The position numbers and the translations under genes were made by a program. Of a stretch of 64,000 nucleotides of DNA, positions 23,211-34,575 are shown one piece after another. Positions within the stretch are counted from its first letter, which is position 1; each line of letters opens with the position of its first letter. This stretch comes from Escherichia coli. GTDB lineage: Bacteria > Pseudomonadota > Gammaproteobacteria > Enterobacterales > Enterobacteriaceae. The notes beneath the pieces were generated by a model. It did no database searches and was not told the origin of the DNA. It saw nothing but the letters and a program-made list of their open reading frames with translations. The stretch is from the NCBI RefSeq assembly GCF_013122565.1, contig NZ_CP053258.1. The stretch is one strand, 5' to 3'.

Positions 23211-23483
23211 ATGAATCTTGATGACATTATCAACAGCATGACGCCTGAGGTATACCAGCGTTTGTCGACCGCCGTTGAACTGGGGAAATGGCCTGATGGC
23301 GTTGCGTTGACCGAGGAACAAAAAGAGAACTGCCTGCAACTGGTGATGCTGTGGCAAGCCCGCCATAATACCGAAGCACAGCATATGACAATTGACACAA
23401 ATGGTCAGATGGTCATGAAGAGCAAACAGCAGTTAAAAGAAGATTTTGGTATCTCAGCAAAGCCTATTGCCATGTTTAAGTGA
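23211..23483 (+). CDS. yeaC: DUF1315 protein
   Basis: 90 aa from MNLDDIINSM. Confidence 0.85.
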   Translation: MNLDDIINSMTPEVYQRLSTAVELGKWPDGVALTEEQKENCLQLVMLWQARHNTEAQHMTIDTNGQMVMKSKQQLKEDFGISAKPIAMFK

Positions 23484-23592
23484 ATGAGTTATCTAGTATT
23501 TAAGCCTGTTATTAAGGGAGGGCAAATATACTTGTTCGGACGTCGTGTTTTAGCTGCAAGTAGGTTAAATGCAACACTGACAAGTATTATCT

Positions 23593-23623
23593 GGCCTACA
23601 ATGTCATTGAGGAAATGTAGGCC
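23593..23623. repeat. Hairpin (REP-like fragment) in yeaC-pncA intergenic junction
   Basis: ggcctaca-N15-tgtaggcc. Confidence 0.4.
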
Positions 23624-23643
23624 AGAGATGAATTCAACTAAAA

Positions 23644-24285
23644 TTACCCCTGCGTCTCTTCCCAGTCTGCCAGCGTATATAGCGTTGCCCCAGCTGCTGA
23701 CATTTCCATAAACGCGTGCGCACTGTCCTGTGGCTGGATATTCACCCCACGACAGCCATCGATAATCACGTTTACCTTATAACCTAACTGTAACGCGTCC
23801 AGCACGGTAAACTTCACGCAATAGTCAGTCGCCAGGCCCATAACGATCAATTCATCGATTTCATGATCGCGTAACCAGTCATCAAGCGAGGTTTTCTGCC
23901 GACGGCCGTTATCAAAAAAGGCACTGTAACTGTCAACTAAAGGATTTTCGCCTTTATGGAACACCGCTGCGATCGCTTTTTGGTTCAGTAACGGATGTAA
24001 TTGTGCGCCTTCACTGTTCTGCACACAGTGATCTGGCCAGAAGGTTTGTGGCAAACCGTCGAGTTGGCCTGGCGTATAAGGCTCTACACCGTGCTGACTG
24101 GCAAAACTGCCGTGATTCGCCGGGTGCCAGTCCTGACTGGCGATAACCGCTTCACCGCGCGACTGGCACCAGTCAATCAGGCGGTTAGCGACATCCACCG
24201 TACTGTCACCTTCCGGCACGGCGAGCGCGCCACCAGCACAGAAATCATTTTGTAAATCGACCAGTAACAGGGCGCGAGGGGGCAT
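23644..24285 (-). CDS. pncA: Nicotinamidase / pyrazinamidase
   Basis: 213 aa from MPPRALLLVDLQNDF. Confidence 0.9.
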   Translation of the reverse strand: MPPRALLLVDLQNDFCAGGALAVPEGDSTVDVANRLIDWCQSRGEAVIASQDWHPANHGSFASQHGVEPYTPGQLDGLPQTFWPDHCVQNSEGAQLHPLLNQKAIAAVFHKGENPLVDSYSAFFDNGRRQKTSLDDWLRDHEIDELIVMGLATDYCVKFTVLDALQLGYKVNVIIDGCRGVNIQPQDSAHAFMEMSAAGATLYTLADWEETQG

Positions 24286-24295
24286 TGCAGTCTCC

Positions 24296-25312
24296 TTAAT
24301 CATCCGGCGTCAGTTCGCCGCGCAGGTTTTGGCTCATGGCCTTGCGAATGGTTTCAGTATCCAGTTCCTGGCTAAGCAGGTAATGCAGTTTGGTTAGCGT
24401 GGCTTCTACAGTCATATCTGCACCGCCAATTACGCCGGCATGGGCGAGGGCGTTACCGGTGGCATAACCACCCATGTTCACTTTACCGGACATACATTGT
24501 GTCAGGTTGACCACCACAATACCGCGATCGCTGGCTTCTTGTAATTCCTGCAGGAAGGCTTTGTTTTGTGGCGCATTACCCACGCCATAGGAGCGCAGAA
24601 TCAATGCTTTCACCGGTTGGCGCAGAAAATTGCGCACGACGTCAGCAGAAATCCCCGGATAAATCGTCACTACGCCAATTGGTTGCGGGGTGATTGGATG
24701 AACGATCAATTCCCCATCACCGTGCGGGGCGGGTGGCGTATTCAAACGACGAATATGGATACCTGCTTCCAGTAACGGAGGAAGGTTTGGAGAGGCAAAC
24801 GCATCAAAACCATCGGCATGGGCTTTGGTAGTGCGGTTGCCGCGATACAGTCGGTTATTAAAAAAGAGTGTTACTTCGTTGATCGGATAATTCGCCGCAA
24901 CGTACAACGCATTCAGCAGATTAATTTGTCCGTCAGAGCGTAGCTCAGCCAGCGGGATTTGTGACCCTGTCACAATGACCGGTTTACCGAGATTCTCGAG
25001 CATGAACGACAGCGCAGAGGCGGTATACGCCATCGTGTCGGTACCGTGTAGAATGACAAAACCATCATAGTCGTCATAGTGCGCTTTAATATCTTCAGCA
25101 ATATGCTGCCAGTCTTCCGGCGTCATATCTGAAGAATCCATCAGTGGCGTATATTCATGAATGGTGAAATCTGGCATCTCCGGGCGATGGAATTCCGGCA
25201 TCAGCGCCAGTTGGCGTTGTAGATGACCTGACACCGGTATATAACCCTGCTCGGAACGCTGCATCCCGATGGTCCCGCCCGTGTAGGCAACGTAAATTGA
25301 TTTCTTTTGCAT
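24296..25312 (-). CDS. ansA: Cytoplasmic L-asparaginase I
   Basis: 338 aa MQKKSIYVAYTGGTIGM... Confidence 0.92.
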   Translation of the reverse strand: MQKKSIYVAYTGGTIGMQRSEQGYIPVSGHLQRQLALMPEFHRPEMPDFTIHEYTPLMDSSDMTPEDWQHIAEDIKAHYDDYDGFVILHGTDTMAYTASALSFMLENLGKPVIVTGSQIPLAELRSDGQINLLNALYVAANYPINEVTLFFNNRLYRGNRTTKAHADGFDAFASPNLPPLLEAGIHIRRLNTPPAPHGDGELIVHPITPQPIGVVTIYPGISADVVRNFLRQPVKALILRSYGVGNAPQNKAFLQELQEASDRGIVVVNLTQCMSGKVNMGGYATGNALAHAGVIGGADMTVEATLTKLHYLLSQELDTETIRKAMSQNLRGELTPDD

Positions 25313-25390
25313 GATATTGATATGAATGATATCGAAAGAGCAAAAGTATATACGTGAGGGGCAGCGAGCGCACCTGGATACTCTGTGGAT

Positions 25391-25440
25391 ATGAGAAAAG
25401 TCCGGCAGGACGGAGGGATTAGTGTCCCGCCGGAGAAAAG
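25391..25440 (-). terminator. Stem-loop downstream of the extra lipoprotein gene
   Basis: Minus strand: tccggcgggac-12 nt loop-gtcctgccgga then cttttctc. Confidence 0.4.
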
Positions 25441-25443
25441 TGG

Positions 25444-26166
25444 TTAATCCTGCAACGCATAGGTTACGGTCGTGACTACGCGTACCGTTTTATTAATCGC
25501 CGTAGGATCATCTTCATCACTGCCACTGGCAAAGATCTGGAATACGCCTTGTGAGGCATCGCTAATTGACCCCACCTGGCTACCTGAGTCCGTTGCAAAT
25601 TGTAGTGCGGCGTTGCGTGCATCTTTGGTGGCGGCAGCAATCATCTCAGCGCGCAGTGCGCCAATACCATTAAAGCGATAGGCGACTTTGCTCTCAGCGA
25701 TAGCGCCATCTGTAGCGACTTGCAGTTCGTTTAATTTCGCGACGACTTTTTCGACAGCAGCAACATTATGGGTTTTTATCGTCACTGACCCGTCTGCGTT
25801 ATAGCGTGGCATTGTGGGATCATCTTTCAGATAGAAGGAATCTGTTCGCTTGCTTGTCCATTGGCCCAGGATTATCTCTTTCTCGTTAATCCCCTGAGCA
25901 TTGAGTTCGGCAACAATTTTTTTCTGCGCGTCTTCCAGTTTCGGGAACAGTTCGCCGGGAACATTACCTTTAAAGTTAAGCGCAATTATTAATTCTGCCG
26001 TATCTGCGCGAACTTCTTTTTCAGAAAGCCCGCGCACATTGACATAACGGTTGTTGGTTTTTAAATGTTTAACACCATCGCCAACAAAATAACCACAGGC
26101 GCTAATCCCCAGTCCGAGGACGATAGCGGCAATTAAAGAGGGGGCCTTGTTCACTGATGACTCCAT
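25444..26166 (-). CDS. Predicted lipoprotein, SIMPL/DUF541-like (BP26/YggE-type) domain; no K-12 counterpart at this position
   Basis: 240 aa from MESSVNKAPSLIAAIVLGLGISA|C (lipobox ISAC); SIMPL-like pattern VNVRG...ADTAEL..., C-terminal KTVRVVTTVTYAL; ORF stays open upstream to a GTG at 26256, so the start is uncertain. Confidence 0.7.
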   Translation of the reverse strand: MESSVNKAPSLIAAIVLGLGISACGYFVGDGVKHLKTNNRYVNVRGLSEKEVRADTAELIIALNFKGNVPGELFPKLEDAQKKIVAELNAQGINEKEIILGQWTSKRTDSFYLKDDPTMPRYNADGSVTIKTHNVAAVEKVVAKLNELQVATDGAIAESKVAYRFNGIGALRAEMIAAATKDARNAALQFATDSGSQVGSISDASQGVFQIFASGSDEDDPTAINKTVRVVTTVTYALQD

Positions 26167-26269
26167 ATCAGATGCTAAATGAGCAAGGGAATGTAGTGGA
26201 GAGAGGGAGTGAAAGACAGTCCGATTCAGGAGTGTGGCCGACAGCATATCGGCCACATTTTTGCAGGAT

Positions 26270-28126
26270 TTAACGCACGTTGGCGCAGGTCAGGCAAAAC
26301 GCATAACGGTTTTGTGGGTCGTTAAACGCCGCCAGCTTGTCGCTTTCACTTTTAACGGTAGAGGCTACCGAGGCCAGCGGTGCAGGTAACATGGCCTGGA
26401 ACGCATCTGGCAACATTGCCCGGACAGAACCAGACATGTTGTCCATCACTTTGTCGAAGAAGGTCGGTTCATCAACGTAGTATTCCAGATGCCACTGTTT
26501 CACTTTTGCCAGCTCTGCTGCTTTGGCGACCGCATCATCGAAATCCCCGAGACTATCGACCAGCCCGTTAGCTTTTGCGTCCTGACCGGTCCAGACGTGG
26601 CCCTGGGCGATTTTATCAATCTGCTCCGGCGTCGAATGACGCGCATCAGCAACCAGCGTGATAAAGCGTTTATAGCCATTCTCAATGCTTAACTGCATCA
26701 TCTGCTGCGCTTCCGGCGGCAGTGCCCTGGTGATAGAAACATCCGCCAGCGGTGAAGTTGAGACACCATCAGTATGAACACCAATCGAATCCAGACTATT
26801 TTCTACGGTGGTGATCACGCCGAAGATACCGATAGAACCGGTCAGGGTGCTGGGGTTAGCCACAATGTAATTAGCTGGCGTGGAAATCCAGTAACCACCA
26901 GATGCCGCCATGCCGCCCATCGATACAACCACAGGCTTACCCGCAGCCCGGGCTGCTGCCAGTTCAGCGCGAATCACTTCAGACGCGGTAACGCTGCCGC
27001 CTGGGCTATTAACACGCAGAACAATCGCTTTCACTTTCGGGTCAAGGCGAGCGTCGCGGATTTGTGCCGCAGTGGTATCACCGCCAACATTCCCCTGAGT
27101 TTCCTCGCCATCCATAATTGCGCCATTAGCGAAGACGACACCGATGCTGTCACCGGTATCTGCTGGCGTTTTCAATGCGTAATCGTAATAACTGATGGCG
27201 CGATAATTTTTATCAGTCTTACTCCAGCCGAACTCTTTGGTCAGAGCTTTTTCGATTTCGGCACTCGATGCCAGTGCATCGACCAGCTTGTTTTCCAGCG
27301 CATATTTCGCGGTATCGCCACCGGTTTTGGTTAAACCTTCAAGCAACCCTTGCGCGCCAGGAAATACCTGCTGAGCAGGGATCTGCCGGTTAGCGGCAAC
27401 AGTATTCAGATAGTTTTGCCACAGCTCACCAATCCAGCGGCTGTCAGCTTCGCGGGCTGCCGGTGACATATCATCACGAATAAACGGTTCAACGGCAGAT
27501 TTATACGTACCCACGCGGAACACATGGGTGGAAACTTTCAGCTTATCCAGCAACGATTTGTAGTACAGACCGTTGGTGGCAAAGCCGTGTAGATCAACCA
27601 CGCCTTGCGGAGACAGCCAAATTTTATTGGCGAAACTGGCGAGATAATATTGCCCCTGGCTGTAGTTCTCGCCAACGGCATAAACCGGTTTCCCGCTGTC
27701 ACGAAACTCTTTCAGGGCTTTGCCGATGTACTGCATAGACGGCTGGTCGCCGCCTGCGAAGTTTTTCAGATCCATCACGATACCGGTGATATTGCGGTCG
27801 TCCTTCGCCTGGCGAATGGTGTTGACGATATCAAACAGTGAGTTTTCCTGCAGACGATCGGAACTGGCACCAAGTAGTTGGCGGCTTAATTTACTAAACC
27901 GCTGAGAACTGTCGGGTTTATCGACGATTACACCAGAAATGTCCAGCAGCAGTGCACCACGACTGGCCGTTTCTTTCGAATCACCACCACTGACCTGCAT
28001 CCAGATCCCCACACCAACCAGCACGAGAAAAATAAAGAACAGGTTAAGTACCATTTCACGGACGAAATTCAGCAGACGCCACGTCCATTTAAAAAATCCG
28101 GCAATAAATCGCCAAAGGGTTCGCAT
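26270..28126 (-). CDS. sppA: Signal peptide peptidase A (protease IV)
   Basis: 618 aa from [12 protein letters not shown]. Confidence 0.9.
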
Positions 28127-28286
28127 GTATTCTCCCAACTTAAGGTCACACCTGTCACAGGCGCAATAGATGTGGTTATCGTAATGACCCAACCGACACT
28201 TGTCAGCAGGAATTGCGGACTGTGCTGTAACAAAATCCACTCTCGTGTTAATTTTGTGAATAAATATCATGACAGGAGTTAATCAA

Positions 28287-28838
28287 ATGGATGCACTCGA
28301 ACTATTGATCAATCGCCGTAGCGCCTCCCGCCTGGCTGAACCCGCGCCAACGGGTGAACAACTGCAAAACATCCTGCGTGCGGGTATGCGCGCGCCGGAC
28401 CATAAGTCCATGCAACCGTGGCATTTTTTTGTGATTGAAGGGGAAGGACGCGAGCGTTTCAGCGCCGCACTGGAACAGGGGGCGATTGCTGCCGGTAGTG
28501 ATGACAAAGCTATCGACAAAGCCCGTAATGCGCCGTTCCGCGCACCGCTCATCATCACGGTGGTGGCGAAATGCGAAGAAAATCATAAAGTCCCGCGATG
28601 GGAACAGGAAATGTCTGCCGGATGCGCGGTCATGGCGATGCAAATGGCAGCCGTTGCCCAGGGGTTTGGCGGCATCTGGCGCAGTGGCGCATTAACTGAA
28701 AGCCCGGTAGTGCGTGAAGCATTCGGTTGCCGTGAGCAGGATAAAATTGTCGGTTTTCTCTACCTCGGTACGCCGCAGTTGAAAGCATCTACGTCGATAA
28801 ACGTCCCGGACCCGACGCCGTTTGTGACTTATTTCTGA
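28287..28838 (+). CDS. ydjA: NAD(P)H nitroreductase
   Basis: 183 aa from [12 protein letters not shown]. Confidence 0.88.
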   Translation: MDALELLINRRSASRLAEPAPTGEQLQNILRAGMRAPDHKSMQPWHFFVIEGEGRERFSAALEQGAIAAGSDDKAIDKARNAPFRAPLIITVVAKCEENHKVPRWEQEMSAGCAVMAMQMAAVAQGFGGIWRSGALTESPVVREAFGCREQDKIVGFLYLGTPQLKASTSINVPDPTPFVTYF

Positions 28839-28954
28839 TAATTGTCGCGAAACTGTCTGGATTGTGAGCAAAGGCGCAGGAATTCAGACACTCTCACTTA
28901 TCACTTCACGGAATGAGGGTTACCATACCCGGATTGCATTGACAGGAGATGTCC

Positions 28955-29998
28955 ATGAGCGAGAACTCGATTCGTTTGACCCAATACAGCCACGGAGCTG
29001 GTTGCGGCTGTAAAATTTCCCCAAAAGTGTTGGAAACCATCCTGCACAGTGAGCAGGCGAAGTTTGTTGATCCGAATTTGCTTGTGGGTAATGAAACCCG
29101 CGACGATGCGGCGGTGTACGATCTGGGCAATGGCACCAGCGTTATCAGTACCACCGACTTCTTTATGCCGATCGTTGATAATCCTTTCGATTTTGGCCGC
29201 ATTGCGGCGACTAACGCCATCAGCGATATCTTCGCGATGGGGGGCAAACCGATTATGGCGATTGCGATCCTCGGCTGGCCGATTAACAAACTTTCCCCGG
29301 AAATTGCCCGCAAAGTAACCGAAGGTGGACGCTATGCATGCCGTCAGGCGGGTATTGCGCTGGCTGGCGGTCACTCCATCGATGCGCCGGAGCCGATTTT
29401 TGGTCTGGCGGTAACGGGGATCGTACCGACCGAGCGGGTGAAGAAAAACAGTACCGCACAAGCCGGATGCAAACTGTTCCTGACGAAACCGCTGGGGATC
29501 GGCGTTCTTACCACGGCTGAGAAAAAATCACTGTTGAAACCAGAACATCAGGGACTGGCGACGGAAGTGATGTGCCGGATGAACATCGCAGGCGCGTCCT
29601 TTGCCAACATTGAAGGCGTAAAAGCGATGACCGACGTAACGGGCTTTGGCCTGCTGGGCCATTTGAGCGAAATGTGTCAGGGCGCAGGTGTGCAGGCGCG
29701 CGTTGACTATGACGCGATCCCAAAATTGCCGGGGGTTGAAGAGTACATTAAGTTGGGCGCAGTGCCTGGCGGCACCGAACGTAACTTTGCCAGCTACGGT
29801 CATCTGATGGGTGAAATGCCGCGTGAAGTGCGCGATTTGCTGTGCGATCCGCAAACTTCTGGCGGTTTGCTGCTGGCGGTCATGCCGGAAGCAGAAAATG
29901 AGGTTAAAGCTACAGCCGCCGAGTTTGGCATTGAACTGACGGCGATTGGCGAACTGGTGCCAGCGCGCGGCGGTCGTGCCATGGTTGAGATCCGTTAA
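28955..29998 (+). CDS. selD: Selenide, water dikinase (selenophosphate synthetase)
   Basis: 347 aa [23 protein letters not shown]. Confidence 0.92.
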   Translation: MSENSIRLTQYSHGAGCGCKISPKVLETILHSEQAKFVDPNLLVGNETRDDAAVYDLGNGTSVISTTDFFMPIVDNPFDFGRIAATNAISDIFAMGGKPIMAIAILGWPINKLSPEIARKVTEGGRYACRQAGIALAGGHSIDAPEPIFGLAVTGIVPTERVKKNSTAQAGCKLFLTKPLGIGVLTTAEKKSLLKPEHQGLATEVMCRMNIAGASFANIEGVKAMTDVTGFGLLGHLSEMCQGAGVQARVDYDAIPKLPGVEEYIKLGAVPGGTERNFASYGHLMGEMPREVRDLLCDPQTSGGLLLAVMPEAENEVKATAAEFGIELTAIGELVPARGGRAMVEIR

Positions 29999-30002
29999 TT
30001 CA

Positions 30003-31964
30003 ATGCGGTTGTTTATTGCCGAAAAACCGAGTCTGGCGCGTGCCATTGCTGATGTCCTGCCCAAACCGCACCGGAAAGGCGATGGCTTTATTGAGTGCGG
30101 TAATGGTCAGGTGGTGACCTGGTGTATCGGTCACCTGCTTGAGCAGGCGCAGCCAGACGCCTACGACAGCCGCTATGCGCGCTGGAATCTTGCGGATTTG
30201 CCGATTGTCCCGGAAAAGTGGCAATTACAGCCCCGACCCTCCGTGACCAAACAACTTAATGTCATCAAACGCTTTTTGCATGAAGCCAGCGAAATCGTTC
30301 ATGCCGGGGACCCGGATCGTGAAGGGCAATTGCTGGTGGATGAAGTGCTGGACTATCTGCAACTGGCACCGGAAAAGCGCCAGCAGGTGCAGCGTTGCTT
30401 GATAAACGACCTGAACCCGCAGGCGGTTGAGCGGGCGATCGACCGTCTTCGTTCCAACAGTGAGTTTGTACCGCTGTGCGTTTCTGCGCTGGCGCGAGCG
30501 CGTGCCGACTGGCTGTACGGCATCAATATGACCCGTGCGTATACCATTCTCGGTCGCAATGCCGGTTATCAGGGCGTACTTTCCGTGGGACGCGTGCAGA
30601 CACCCGTGCTCGGGCTGGTGGTGCGCCGCGATGAAGAGATTGAAAACTTCGTGGCGAAAGACTTCTTTGAAGTCAAAGCACATATCGTGACACCTGCCGA
30701 TGAGCGGTTTACCGCTATCTGGCAACCGAGCGAAGCGTGTGAACCGTACCAGGATGAAGAAGGGCGCTTGTTACATCGTCCACTGGCGGAGCATGTGGTT
30801 AACCGCATTAGTGGTCAACCGGCTATTGTCACCAGCTATAACGATAAACGGGAATCAGAATCCGCGCCGCTGCCTTTTTCGCTTTCGGCGTTGCAGATTG
30901 AAGCGGCAAAACGCTTTGGTCTGAGCGCGCAGAACGTGCTTGATATCTGCCAGAAGCTGTACGAAACGCACAAGCTAATCACTTATCCGCGTTCCGATTG
31001 TCGCTATTTGCCAGAAGAACATTTTGCCGGACGCCACGCGGTGATGAATGCCATCAGCGTTCATGCACCGGGCTTGTTACCGCAGCCGGTGGTAGATCCG
31101 AATATGCGCAACCGCTGTTGGGATGACAAAAAGGTCGATGCGCACCACGCCATCATCCCGACCGCACGGAGTTCTGCGATCAACCTGACGGAGAACGAAG
31201 CGAAGGTCTATAACCTGATTGCCCGTCAGTACTTGATGCAGTTCTGCCCGGATGCGGTCTTCCGCAAGTGTGTTATCGAACTGGACATTGCCAAAGGCAA
31301 ATTTGTCGCTAAAGCCCGTTTTCTTGCTGAAGCAGGCTGGCGCACGCTGTTAGGCAGCAAAGAGCGCGATGAAGAAAACGACGGCACGCCATTGCCTGTG
31401 GTGGCGAAAGGCGATGAGTTGCTGTGTGAAAAAGGTGAAGTGGTAGAGCGGCAAACCCAGCCGCCGCGCCATTTTACCGATGCAACACTGCTTTCGGCGA
31501 TGACCGGGATCGCGCGCTTTGTACAGGACAAAGATCTGAAAAAGATCCTCCGTGCTACCGATGGTCTGGGGACAGAAGCAACGCGTGCCGGGATTATTGA
31601 ACTGCTGTTCAAGCGTGGCTTCCTGACCAAAAAAGGGCGCTATATCCACTCTACCGACGCCGGAAAAGCGTTATTCCATTCGCTGCCGGAGATGGCGACG
31701 CGACCGGACATGACCGCTCACTGGGAATCGGTGCTGACGCAAATCAGCGAAAAGCAGTGTCGCTACCAGGACTTTATGCAGCCGCTGGTGGGGACGCTAT
31801 ATCAGCTTATTGATCAAGCCAAACGTACTCCGGTGCGGCAGTTTCGCGGCATTGTGGCTCCGGGCAGTGGTGGCAGTGCTGATAAGAAAAAGGCTGCAAC
31901 GCGTAAACGTAGTGCGAAAAAAAGTCCGCCAGCAGATGAAGCCGGAAGCGGGGCGATAGCGTAA
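30003..31964 (+). CDS. topB: DNA topoisomerase III
   Basis: 653 aa [20 protein letters not shown], Toprim and topo IA domains. Confidence 0.92.
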   Translation: MRLFIAEKPSLARAIADVLPKPHRKGDGFIECGNGQVVTWCIGHLLEQAQPDAYDSRYARWNLADLPIVPEKWQLQPRPSVTKQLNVIKRFLHEASEIVHAGDPDREGQLLVDEVLDYLQLAPEKRQQVQRCLINDLNPQAVERAIDRLRSNSEFVPLCVSALARARADWLYGINMTRAYTILGRNAGYQGVLSVGRVQTPVLGLVVRRDEEIENFVAKDFFEVKAHIVTPADERFTAIWQPSEACEPYQDEEGRLLHRPLAEHVVNRISGQPAIVTSYNDKRESESAPLPFSLSALQIEAAKRFGLSAQNVLDICQKLYETHKLITYPRSDCRYLPEEHFAGRHAVMNAISVHAPGLLPQPVVDPNMRNRCWDDKKVDAHHAIIPTARSSAINLTENEAKVYNLIARQYLMQFCPDAVFRKCVIELDIAKGKFVAKARFLAEAGWRTLLGSKERDEENDGTPLPVVAKGDELLCEKGEVVERQTQPPRHFTDATLLSAMTGIARFVQDKDLKKILRATDGLGTEATRAGIIELLFKRGFLTKKGRYIHSTDAGKALFHSLPEMATRPDMTAHWESVLTQISEKQCRYQDFMQPLVGTLYQLIDQAKRTPVRQFRGIVAPGSGGSADKKKAATRKRSAKKSPPADEAGSGAIA

Positions 31965-32091
31965 GCAAGCGAATCTTTCGTGCTATTCGAGTCATATTCT
32001 GAAATATCCAGCGGATCAAGAAAATTCGTTGGATATTTTTTTCGCATGGATAAAATTATCGCCTCTAAAGTATGTAATAACAGGGAATGTG

Positions 32092-33123
32092 ATGAAAAAA
32101 GTTTTATTACAAAACCATCCAGGGAGTGAAAAGTATTCTTTTAACGGCTGGGAAATATTTAATATTAATTTAGACCAGGTGATTAAAGAAAATAAACCTA
32201 TGCTGCTTTGTAAGTGGGGGTTTTATATAACCTGTACTTTCGCTGCACTGTTAGTTTGTGCAGGCCTTACAGCAAATGGTTTAAGTGATAAAGGCAAAGT
32301 GACCGCTGGCTATGCTTTTCTTTATCTTTTAATTATGGCGGCTTTGGTTATTCGAGCTGGCTTCAGGGCAAAAAAAGAACAGTTACACTATTATAAGGCA
32401 AAGGGTATTGAGCCGCTGAGTGAAGAAAAGTTGCAGGCATTGCGGCTGATTGCACCCAATCGCTTCTATAACCAACAGTGGTCTGAATCGCTTGAATTTT
32501 GGCCACGGAAGCCTGCATTGGGAACGGATACTTTTCGCTATCATGTTTTACGTTTTGAGTCTGTCGGAGTGACTCGCCAGCGTCGCAAGTCTTTGGATGA
32601 CAGCTGGGGGATAGTCGATAGCCAAAGTTATATCGCTTTAATGGAATATTTTCTTTCAGGTGAGCATGGCTCAAATGCATTTAAAGAACACATGGAAGAA
32701 AATCCGCAAGAAGTGATTGCGATGTTAAGTAAAGTTAAGGATTTTCCTGAGGATTATCTTTATGACTGTACCATCCGTCGAATTGATAAGTCATCTCCAC
32801 GCTTGATATGGGCTGCCGAGATAGCATGGATAATAGGCTTAACCTGCTCGACATACCAGAATGGAACGATTGAGGAAGATCTGGCCTGGCACTATATTTT
32901 GGCTGCCTCGAAAAAAGCCTATGAACTCTTTGAGAGCGAAGAAGAGTTCCATCGAAACAGTTTGATGGGGTCATGGTACTGGCATGCTTTCTGCTATCGA
33001 ATGAAACTCATGGACGCTGAGCTGGAAGAAGGTCATCTCTACGACGTGGAAATTCTGGAACATTACCGAAAGAAGTGTCGTTGGCCCATTAAAAACCTTC
33101 CCTGGGGCACATCCTCAAACTGA
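32092..33123 (+). CDS. ynjI: DUF1266 inner-membrane protein
   Basis: AT-rich ORF; start ATG at 32092 or GTG at 32089. Confidence 0.8.
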   Translation: MKKVLLQNHPGSEKYSFNGWEIFNINLDQVIKENKPMLLCKWGFYITCTFAALLVCAGLTANGLSDKGKVTAGYAFLYLLIMAALVIRAGFRAKKEQLHYYKAKGIEPLSEEKLQALRLIAPNRFYNQQWSESLEFWPRKPALGTDTFRYHVLRFESVGVTRQRRKSLDDSWGIVDSQSYIALMEYFLSGEHGSNAFKEHMEENPQEVIAMLSKVKDFPEDYLYDCTIRRIDKSSPRLIWAAEIAWIIGLTCSTYQNGTIEEDLAWHYILAASKKAYELFESEEEFHRNSLMGSWYWHAFCYRMKLMDAELEEGHLYDVEILEHYRKKCRWPIKNLPWGTSSN

Positions 33124-33129
33124 CCTCTT

Positions 33130-33225
33130 TGCCGGGGGCGCTGCGCTTGCCCGGCCTACATTAGAGCGTAACTGCAATGAATCGTGCCCATTTGTAGGCT
33201 GATAAGCGTAGCGCCATCAGGCATT
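33130..33225. repeat. REP (BIME) element
   Basis: gcccggcctaca ... tgtaggctgataagcgtagcgccatcaggc, classic REP consensus. Confidence 0.7.
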
Positions 33226-33231
33226 TACAAC

Positions 33232-34575
33232 TTAAATCACACCCTGCGCCAGCATCGCATCGGCAACCTTCACAAAACCGGCAATGTTCGCGCCCTGCAC
33301 GTAGTTGGTTTGCTCACCTTCACCACCATGCTCAACACAGGCATGGTGGATATCCAGCATGATGTGATGCAAACGTGCGTCAACTTTCTCGGCTTTCCAG
33401 CCCAGGCGCGCAGCGTTTTGCGCCATTTCAAGGCCTGACGTTGCTACACCGCCAGCATTAGCCGCTTTACCCGGTGCAAACAGTACGCCTGCCTGCTGGA
33501 ACAGTTCAGTCGCTTCGATGGTGGTCGGCATATTTGCCCCTTCGGCGACGGCTTTAACGCCATTGGCGATAAGCTGATGCGCGGCGTCAACATCCAGTTC
33601 GTTCTGGGTGGCGCAAGGCAGGGCGATATCAACCGGTACAGACCACGGCTGTTGGCCTTCGAGATAGACCAGACCAAATTCTTTGGCGTAATCTGCCACT
33701 CGACCATCGCGGCTGGCTTTGATTTCGATAAGACGTGCCAGTTTCTCTTTCGTGAATCCGCTTTCATCAACTACAGTGCCGCTGGAGTCTGACGCAGTGA
33801 TCACACGAGCACCAAATTCCATCGCTTTTTCGATAGCGTACTGGGCGACGTTGCCGGAGCCAGAAACGGAAACGCGCATCCCTTCAAAACCCATACCGTG
33901 GCGTTTTAGCATTGCTTCTGTGAAATAAACCAGACCGTAGCCGGTAGCTTCCGGGCGAATAAGACTACCGCCAAATGAAAGGCCCTTACCGGTGAAGACG
34001 CAGGCGGTATTGTTGGAGAGCTTTTTCATCATCCCCGCCATAAAGCCGACTTCACGACCACCAACCCCGATATCACCTGCCGGAACGTCGGTATCCGCGC
34101 CCAGGTGACGATACAGTTCAGTCATCAGCGCCTGGCAAAAACGCATCACTTCACCTTCACTTTTTCCTTTCGGATCGAAATCGCTGCCGCCTTTACCACC
34201 GCCCATCGGCAGAGTAGTCAGGGCATTTTTGAAGGTTTGTTCGAAGCCGAGGAATTTAAGAATGGAGAGGTTAACTGACGGATGGAAGCGCATACCGCCT
34301 TTGTACGGGCCGATGGCAGAGCTGAACTGCACACGCCATGCACGGTTGACCTGTACCTGATTGCGATCATCAACCCATACCACGCGAAACTGGATCACGC
34401 GCTCCGGTTCAACCAGACGCTCCAGTAATGACATCTGGCGATATTTTGGATTTTGTTCAAGAAAAGGCCAGAGTGTGGTCATTACTTCACGAACGGCTTG
34501 CGCGAACTCGGTTTGATTCGGGTCGCGCTTTTGGACATGGTTGAGGAATGACTCCAGAGAATATGTCTGATCCAT
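33232..34575 (-). CDS. gdhA: NADP-specific glutamate dehydrogenase
   Basis: 447 aa MDQTYSLESFLNHVQKRDP... Confidence 0.95.
   Translation of the reverse strand: MDQTYSLESFLNHVQKRDPNQTEFAQAVREVMTTLWPFLEQNPKYRQMSLLERLVEPERVIQFRVVWVDDRNQVQVNRAWRVQFSSAIGPYKGGMRFHPSVNLSILKFLGFEQTFKNALTTLPMGGGKGGSDFDPKGKSEGEVMRFCQALMTELYRHLGADTDVPAGDIGVGGREVGFMAGMMKKLSNNTACVFTGKGLSFGGSLIRPEATGYGLVYFTEAMLKRHGMGFEGMRVSVSGSGNVAQYAIEKAMEFGARVITASDSSGTVVDESGFTKEKLARLIEIKASRDGRVADYAKEFGLVYLEGQQPWSVPVDIALPCATQNELDVDAAHQLIANGVKAVAEGANMPTTIEATELFQQAGVLFAPGKAANAGGVATSGLEMAQNAARLGWKAEKVDARLHHIMLDIHHACVEHGGEGEQTNYVQGANIAGFVKVADAMLAQGVI

Noticed and set aside
26234-26262. Hairpin plus T-run as the sppA terminator
   Set aside because: The T-run lies on the plus strand, the wrong side for minus-strand sppA; kept only as an observation under the sppA-ansA finding
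29528-30725. Minus-strand ORFs of 178 and 166 aa
   Set aside because: Antisense within selD/topB; Arg/Ala-rich translations typical of GC-rich shadow frames
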